A stretch of 64,000 bases of DNA from Squalus acanthias (Eukaryota): the NCBI GenBank assembly GCA_030390025.1, contig CM059433.1, positions 3,844,001 to 3,908,000 on the forward strand, written 5' to 3'. A model generated the notes under the pieces. That model was not told where the DNA came from and did not search any database. It worked only from the letters and a program-made list of their open reading frames with translations. Below, in pieces: positions 56,205 to 64,000 of the stretch. The translations under genes were made by a program, and so were the position numbers. The number at the start of each line of letters is the position of its first letter. The first letter of the stretch is position 1.

Positions 56205-56834
56205 TGGCAACCTCTAATGTAGAAAAAATTCCCAAGGCGCTTCACAGCAATGTAATCCGACAAAACATGACACCAAGCCAAAGAAAGAGACATTAGGGCA
56301 GGTGACCAAAAGCTTGGTCAGAGGTGGGTTTTAAGGAGCGTCTTAAAGGCGGAGAGGTTTCGGGAAGGAATTCCAGGGCTTAGGACCCAGGCAGATGAAG
56401 GCACGGCCGCCAACAGTGGGGCGAAAGAAGTCGGGAATGCACGAGGGGCCAGTATTGGAGGAACGCAGATATCTCGGAGGGCTGGAGGACTGCAGAAGGT
56501 TACAGAGATAGGGAGGAGCGAGACCATGGAAGGATTTGAAAACAAGGATGAGAATTTTAAAATTTGAGGTGTTGGCAGACTGGGAGCCAATGGAGGTCAG
56601 CGAGCACAGGGGGGCGATGGGTGAACCGGACTTGCTGCGAGTTAGGGTACGGGCAGCAGTTTTTGGATGAGCTCAAGTTTGTGGAGAGTGGGCGGCCTCT
56701 GTCAGGAAAGCTTTGGACTAGTTGGGTCTAGAGGTAACAAAATCAAGGATGAGGGTTTCAGCAACAGATGGGCTGAGGCAGGGGCAGAGACAGGGGAATA
56801 TTATGGAGGTTGAAGTAGGCAGTCTTGGTGATGG
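56205..56834 (-). mobile_element. L2 LINE 3' fragment
   Basis: Reverse complement of the L2 family above (FKTLLKTHL). Confidence 0.85.
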
Positions 56835-57359
56835 CCTGTAATAATTGCACTGGATATCATTGAAAATGGACATTTCCATTACCGAACATTGAAGAATAAC
56901 TCCTCATCACTGTGGATATATTACTCCAATCTACTAGGCAATGCCATACTTTATTTTTCAGGAAGTTCCCTGAAGTCAATTCCTGTGGTAACCATTAAGT
57001 ATAAACAGCTCATAAACTGAGTAAGATTACTAACATGTAGCCAGTCACCCGATCGGAGATACACACAGTGCTGAAATTGTAATGACCAACAAGATATTCT
57101 CTGGCGCACTGGTTCTAACGAAGGCTTATTCCAAAAACATTAACCAATCTTTCTCTTTCAGATGCCAATTGAGCTGCTGTGAATTTCCAGCAATTTCTTT
57201 TTTTAAATCTCCCTTCTTCGCTCAGCAGGTTTTATTGATTTTCTCAGCCACTGAGAGATGCTCCAGTTAGGACCGAATTCAAAGCTATCTGATCGTTAAA
57301 AAGTAGGTTGGAAAATAATTTTATTTGGATCAACAAATTCCTGATTTCTTGTATTCGTT

Positions 57360-59397
57360 ACATAGTAGTTACAGCACAGAAACAGGCCATTCGGCCCAAC
57401 AGGTCTATGCCGGTGATTATGCTCCACCCACCTTATTTCATTTCACCCTATCAACATATCCTTCTATTCCTTTCTCCCTCATGTGCTTATCTAGTTTCTC
57501 TTTAAATGCACCTATGCAATTCACCCCAACCACTCCCTGTAGTGGCAAGTTCCACATTCCATAGAAACATAGAAACATGGAAGATAGGAGTGGGAGTAGA
57601 CCATTCGGCCCCTCGAGCCTGTTCCGCCATTTAATGAGATCATGGCTGATCATCCAAATTCAGTACCCTGTCCCTGCTTTCTCCCCATATCTATTGATCC
57701 CTTTAGCCTTAAGAAATATATCTAACTCCTTCTTGAATATATTTAATGAATTGGCCTCAACTGCCTTGTGTGGTAGAGAATTCCACAGGTTTACCACTCT
57801 CTGGGTGAAGAAATTCCTCCTCATCTCAGTCTTAAATGGCTTACCCCTTATCCTTAGACTGTGACACCTGGTTCTGGACTCCCCCGCCATTGGGAACATT
57901 CTTCATGCATCTAGTCTGTCTAGTCCTGTTAGAATTTTATAAGTTTCAATGAGATCCCCTCTCATTCTTCTAAACTCAAGCGAATATAAGCCCAATCGAC
58001 CCAATCTCTCCTCATACGTCATTCCTGCCATCCCAGATATCAGTCTGGTGAATCTTCGCTGCTCTCTCTCCATGGCAAAAACATCCTTCCTCAGATAAGG
58101 TGACCAAAACTGCACACAATACTCAAGGTGTGGTCTCACCAAGGCCCTGTACAACTGCAGCAAGACATCCTTGCTCCTGTACTCGAATCCTCTCGCTATG
58201 AAGGTCAACATACCATTTGCCTTCTTAACCGCCTGCTGCACCTGCATGCTTACCTTTAGCGACTGGTGCACAAGGACACCCAGCTCTATTTGCACTTCCC
58301 CTTTTCCCAATCTATTGCCATTCAGATAATAATCTGTCTTCCTGTTTTTGCCACCGAAGTGGATAACCTCGCATTTATCCACATTATACTGCATTTGCCA
58401 TGCATCTGCCCAATCACCCAACCTGTCCAAATCATACTGGAGTTTCTCTGCATCCTCCTCACAGCACACATGCCCACCCAGCTTTGTGTCGTCTGCAAAC
58501 TTGGAGATATTACATCTAGTTCCCTCGTCTAGATCATTTATATATATTGTGAATAGCTGGGGTCCTAGCACCGATCCCTGCGGTACCCCACTAGTCACTG
58601 CCTGCCACTCGGAAAAAGACCCGTTTATTCCAACTCTTTGCTTCCTGTCTGCCAACCAGTTCTCTATCCAAGACAGTACTTTACCCCCAATCCCATGTGC
58701 TTTAACTTTGCACGTTACCTCTTATGCGGGACCTTATCAAAAGCCTTCTGAAAGTCCAAATACACCACATCCACTGGTTCTCCCTTATCTATTCTACCAG
58801 TTACATCCTCAAAAAATGCCAGTAGATTAGTCAAGCATGATTTGCCTTTTGTAAATCCATGTTGACTTTGTCCGATCCTGTCACTGTTTTCCAAGTGCCC
58901 TGCTATTACATCTTTTATAATGGACTGTAGCATTTTTCCCCACTACTGATGTCAGACTTATGATTCCCCGTTTTCTCTCTCCCACCTTTTTTAAATAGTG
59001 GGGTTACATTAGCTATCCTCCAATCCATGGGAACTGTTCCAGAGTCTATAGAATTTTGGAAGATGACCAGCAATGCATCTATTTCTAGGGCCACTTCCTT
59101 AAGTACCCGAGGATGTAGATTATCAGGCCCTGGGGATTCCAACCACTCTCCGAGTAAAGAAGTTTCTCCTGATTTCCCGATTGGATTTATTAGTGACCAT
59201 CTTATATTGATGGCCCCTAGTTCTGGTCTCGCCCACAAGTGGAAACATCTTCTCTACGTCTACCCTATCAAATCCTTCATAATTTCAAAGATCTCTATCA
59301 GGTCACCCCTCAGCCTGTTCAGTCTTTCCTGAGAGTTATAACCTCTCAGTTCTGGTATCATCCTTGTAAATCTTTCTTGCACCTTCTCCAGTGCCTC
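57360..59397 (-). mobile_element. Older CR1-type 3' fragment (parts 57360-57561 and 59136-59397) split by a younger CR1
   Basis: GAFKEKLDKHM peptide; sequence rejoins across the ATTCCA duplication. Confidence 0.75.
57562..59135 (-). mobile_element. 5'-truncated CR1 (RT to tail), frameshifted
   Basis: ORFs 58915..59238, 58715..58933, 57903..58655, 57660..57899; 6-bp TSD ATTCCA (57556-57561, 59136-59141). Confidence 0.95.
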
Positions 59398-60517
59398 TTT
59401 TTAGTTTGTATTACAAGCCTTTCTTTTCCAATTTAGCGTTATATATTCAGGTCTGATCAGAACCTAAGTAGTGCTCGAAATACATTTCCTCATCGTATAC
59501 CTTATAGATTTGGCCCAAATAGAATAAACTCCAGCCTGTAAAGTGAAAAATTCTGTATAGCACTGCTGAAAATAAAATAGCTTTGGATTAACATAAGTCT
59601 TTGAGAAAATTCAGAGTAGTTACTAAATCATTAGAATGAATAAATAAGCAGATGGGTGTAACAACATTTTGTCAATCATTTATTTTAAGAATTGTGATGT
59701 AACATATTGGTGGAAAAAGAATGATTAAAAACTGTGGAATTTTACACAGTGGCTGTAGGTTTGTTCATTGGGGTTCCTAGGGTTGGAACACTAAAGCACA
59801 TCAAAGCTTCAAAGCCCAAAGCCTGCACTGGATTGGTACCTAAAAATAATTGAACTGTGTTTAGTTTCTTTTGCCAACAGCTTTACCCAGTTGGATGTAA
59901 GTAGGATGTGACTATAGTCGTCTTTTAGTTCATCTGCAATTATAATTTGGGGGGAGCCATCACCTCAGTTAACATATATCATGATTTACAAGGGATTTTT
60001 TATTTCCTTAGAGGCCTTTTTTAGGATGATAATCACTTGGAACTTGAATAAGAGACATTTAAGAATGGAACAGCTTGTGTATATTCTGAAATATTATAGT
60101 GAAAGGTTAATTTGTGTTGGGTTGTGAGCATTAGAGTAGATATCACTTATCTATTCTTCCTATCGCCTAGTATTGTGTCCTTATGTCTCATACAACCAAA
60201 GTTACATAAGATAGTTTGCTAACCACATGTTATGCAATTGTATCAGAATGGAAAAGAATTTCCGTTTTTTCCTGCTTGCTTAGCAACAACAAATTCTTAG
60301 TGTCAACACTTGGATACACTCCAGAATAATATTTTATCAATGATCCGACAAAGCAAAACAAATCTAAATGTTTCAAGACTTGCTGCACCATGTTCCCGAT
60401 CAAAGAGCATGACAACGTACCTACTTGCCACTGAAATGAAGCTATGCATAACTGGGGAGTAGTGTATCTCAAGATTAGTTTAGACAGGAGATTAAAGGAT
60501 CCCTAAAGCCATTACGT

Positions 60518-60627
60518 AAAAGGAAGAAGGTGCCATTTGTATGGGTCAGCCCATAATATATAGATATAGTATTTGTTGTTTTATATATATTGTGTGCTGA
60601 CACATAGAATGGCACCTTGTTCCTTTT
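60518..60627. repeat. Imperfect inverted repeat (about 45-bp arms, 20-nt loop)
   Basis: AAAAGGAAGAAGGTGCCATTTGTATGGGTCAGCCCATAATATATA versus the reverse complement of the right arm, AAAAGGAACAAGGTGCCATTCTATGTGTCAGCACACAATATATA. Confidence 0.85.
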
Positions 60628-60769
60628 TTGTTTTTAGGTGGCATAAGAACCAGGTGGTGAACTTCACCTGCATGCAGGGCCCTGAAATTCCACAGGGATC
60701 CTCCTGATCTCCCACTGTCATTTCGATGGGAGATTGGCAGAATCGCCAGAGAAAGGGTGTAAGTGGTTA

Positions 60770-61137
60770 CATACGAACATACGAATTAGGAGCAGGAGTG
60801 GGCCACTCGGCTCCTCGAGCCTGCTCCGCCATTCAATAAGATCATGGCTGATCCGATTACTCCACATTCCCGCCTACCCCCGATAACCTTTCACCCCCTT
60901 GCTTATCAAGAATCTATCTACCTCTGCCTTAAAAATATTCAAAGACTCTGCTTCCACCGCCCTCTGAGGAAGAGAGTTCCAAAGACTCACGACCCTCTGT
61001 GAGAAAAAATTTCTCCTCATCTCTGTCTTAAATGGGCGACCCCTTATTTTTAAACAGTGACCCCTAGTTCTAGATTCTCCCACAAGAGGAAACATCCTCT
61101 CCACATCCACCCTGTCCAGACCCCTCAGGATGTTATA
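60770..61137 (-). mobile_element. CR1 3' fragment with a (TTCGTATG)n tail, inside a degenerate MITE (about 60678-61287)
   Basis: ORF 60874..61110 (RRNFFSQRVVSLWNSLP). Confidence 0.9.
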
Positions 61138-61740
61138 TGGTTGAAGTTATGGTGGGAGACTGGGAGCGTGCCACAAAACTTAAAACGAGCTGGAGCCCGG
61201 AATATTCACCAGGTTCAGAGCGCTGAGAGGTGGGCAGGCGCAAAGGCAGCACCACCAATGATCTGGCAGATCATTAAATCAAGGCCAGTGTAGCTCTCTT
61301 CCATTTTGTGTTTGGCAGCCTTCACTATAAACCCTGGTAGTTTTAAACACAACAAGATCAAAGAAGGAAAGTCCTATTTTGTCTAAAAGGAAATAATATT
61401 GACGACTTTAACAATTCCAGTTATGTATTGTATGCAATGTATAAATAGAAAATTCATCAGGGACAAACAGTTTACAGAAAATAAACTACTCATACACACG
61501 CAAATCATCAGTCCAGAATGTGTATCCCACCGCTCTCGTTATGTTGCAACAGTTCATCATGTTCCCAGGACACAACATCATTAAACACTAAAAACCGTTA
61601 TGAAACATTATCGAGCTTAATAAAATCAAAAACAGAAATGTTCAGAGTCTGTTCTTATGGTTTTTTTTAAAAACAAATCAAAACAACGTTTTCTTTTCAA
61701 AGTATCTGTTTGAAATTCAGTAATTGTGAGGTTCTGATTA

Positions 61741-62650
61741 CTACGAACATGATGGGTAGGAAAAGAGCAGATGGTCCATAAACCCTACCCCACACCATGC
61801 TGGCTGGACCATCATGGCTAAACACTCCTTCCTCCCCCCGATTCCCCGCCCCCCGCCCCCCCCCCCCCGCCACCCCCCCCCCCCCCCGCCCCGCCTCCTC
61901 ACAGTCGTGTCATCTCCTGGGAGAGGCAAGAAAAACAGAAGAAAAACAAGGTCAATAAGGGAAAAATTAATCTGTAAAATTCCTCTCCAACCCCTTCAGG
62001 TGACGGAAACCAGTCCAGGAGATCACACGGACCCAGTGTTCTCTATAAAAACACTGACCTTCTCTACGATGCGATCTCCGCCCCAGTCAGGAACTGGTTC
62101 AGCTCCCTCTTGAGTCAGCACCCACCGCACCAGGCAATACATTCCAGAGGCTCACTGCTGTCTGGGGAAAGAAGAACCACCCAACACCCAGTCTATTCCC
62201 ACTCTTACATAGTTTAAACCCACGTCCCCTGGTCCTCCCCAATCCGTTAAACTGGAATACTCTATCAGTAGGGACTCTATCCAGCCCTTTAATTATTTTA
62301 TAGACCTCTATCAGGTCACCTACAAGTCTGCACTGCTCTAAGGTAAATGAAAGTGAGAAGTCGCACAACACCAGGTTATAGTCCAACAGTTTTATTTGAA
62401 ATCACAAGCTTTCGGAGCTGCTGCTCCTTCATCAGGTGAAGTGAAGGAATACGAATTGGCAAAGCATATATAGACAGAAAACAATGCCTGTGTAGCGTAC
62501 AATCTCAGACGACTACAGTTAATCTTTCAGACCAAGGTGCTTGAGCCTATCTGAGCAGCTGAGGGCCTTTAAGTTCAGAATCATTCTTGTAGCTCTCCTC
62601 TGAACCTTTTCCAGGCCATTATATTGCCCACCATGTGAGGGGACCACTAT
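61741..62650 (-). mobile_element. Old CR1-type 3' end with a long 3' UTR, interrupted by a Penelope-like arm
   Basis: GDLIEVYKIIKGLD...TRG...SLWNVLP (ORF 62099..62386). Confidence 0.65.
62350..62530 (-). mobile_element. Penelope-like (family B) single pseudo-LTR arm
   Basis: AAAGTGAGAAGTCGCACAACACCAGG...CCTTCATCAGGTGAAGTG, same as the arms at 35.5 kb and 53.3 kb; hammerhead core on the minus strand. Confidence 0.8.
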
Positions 62651-62719
62651 TCTTTAAGAACTTTTATAGTTTGTATAGCACCATTATTGCATCAAAATTG
62701 GGGGAGAATCAGACATGAT

Positions 62720-63415
62720 GCGAGGAATTTTAATCCCAAAAAACGGGCAGATTTGGGTTGGGTGGGAGGTTAAAGTGTTAAAAATTAGAATACTGAGCCC
62801 AACCCGCCTCTAACCTGCCCACGTCCGAGTTTAACGGAGGCGGGACGGGGGGCAGGCAGCCAATCCGCTCCATGGAGGCGGGTTGGCACTTTAAATAGGA
62901 TAATGAGGCTGGAAGCCTTGGTTTTGACCTGCTTTGCAGGTTTAACTGTGGCTGGATCTGGTTCCCGGGCCTCGGGAAACCCGGCAGCTGCAGTGAGTCG
63001 AGGACAGCCTCGGGAGCACAGCTTGTGGGCCAGGAAGAGCAGGAGTGCTTGCTCCAGCCCTCCCCAAGCTCCCCTACCATCAGCGATCAGCGCCCCCCCG
63101 CATATACAACCACCCCCGCCCCCCACACCGGGATCGGTTCCTCCCCCCCCGCACCGGGTCGGGGATCGGACCACCTGCCCTCCCCCCGGGGTCGGGGATT
63201 GAACCTACCTGGCCCTGCGGTCTCTTCACCAGCGTTCCCCGCCCAGCTGGAAGCCAAGCCTGTCAACCAGGCTGACTTCCGGACGGGGATCCTGTCAGTG
63301 ACGTCACACGCACGCTGTGCAGTTAAAACTCCACAGCAGTCGGGAAACCCAGACTTCCGCACACTCCCGGGGCCCCACCCTGCTCCCAGTGGGTCCAGAA
63401 GTTAAAAATCCCCCC
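62720..63415 (+). mobile_element. Harbinger-type MITE
   Basis: TIRs GCGAGGAATTTTAA and TTAAAAATCCCCCC; 3-bp TSD GAT (62717-62719, 63416-63418). Confidence 0.75.
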
Positions 63416-63959
63416 GATCCCCATGTGACTGAAAGCATGGTCAAAGAGGTTGGTTGTAAGGAGACAAATTAAAATATACTGAAATTGGACTGCATTAAAT
63501 ATATTTACTGATGACCCTTGTTCTGTGTGTATCATTTTGAAATTAGGAACTGAAACTGACAGGAAATGACCGGCCTCTGTTATTAAGATACAATTACATT
63601 TGTAATAGATAATTGATCAGTCTGATGTGGAAGAGTTCCACCAGCTGTCTCAAAACAAGAGGCAGTTCCATCTATTATTAACCTCAAGGGAACTATTGGT
63701 TACGCAAATTGTTCTATGGGTGACACGCTGTACTTTAATCATTTAGATGTTGCCTGACCTCACTAGCAGGTCTCCTGTGGCATTGCTCATCATTAGTCAG
63801 AGGATACAGCATTTTGTACATTATATCCACAATGTATTATTTGGCTGCTACAGTGAAGGTGCGTGTAACGGATGTGTTCCTTTAAGGCCACAAGCTCTAA
63901 TTGCTGGCATGAAAGAGGTGGGGGTGGGGTGGGTCGCAACAGATCAGGGGCCAGAGGAG

Positions 63960-64000
63960 AGAACATAAGAACATAAGAAATAGGAGCAGGAGTAGGCCAT
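63960..64000 (-). mobile_element. CR1 3' tail running off the window
   Basis: AGAACATAAGAACATAAGAAATAGGAGCAGGAGTAGGCCAT. Confidence 0.85.

Noticed and set aside
61836..61897. C-rich tract giving poly-Pro and poly-Gly ORFs
   Set aside because: Low-complexity expansion inside a LINE 3' UTR; not coding.

Overview
This is a non-genic, repeat-saturated 64 kb stretch of a vertebrate genome. The repeat content points to a cartilaginous fish (shark): CR1 LINEs with (TTCTATGT)n/(TTCTTATG)n tails, tRNA-headed Deu-domain SINEs, L2, RTE and Penelope-like elements. I found no host protein-coding exon I can support, so the window is intergenic or deep intronic. Main contents: (1) an apparently intact 4.2 kb autonomous PIF/Harbinger transposon (36476-40675) with TIRs, a CAG target duplication, an open DDE transposase and a convergent 3-exon Myb/SANT gene, plus two decayed Harbingers and many Harbinger-type MITEs. 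(2) A young CR1 LINE (21423-25117) with an SGNH-esterase ORF1 and an intact 978-aa ORF2, joined by a U_UUA_AAC -1 slippery heptamer. (3) Two Penelope-like families carrying minimal hammerhead-ribozyme cores, including inverted-repeat insertions with a hammerhead on each strand. (4) Two solo LTRs with 4-bp TSDs. (5) Several odd structures: a 126-bp target duplication around a SINE, a MITE-end/L2 chimera present twice 44 kb apart, and a loop-less 66-bp palindrome. All calls come from reading the sequence; no database search was run.
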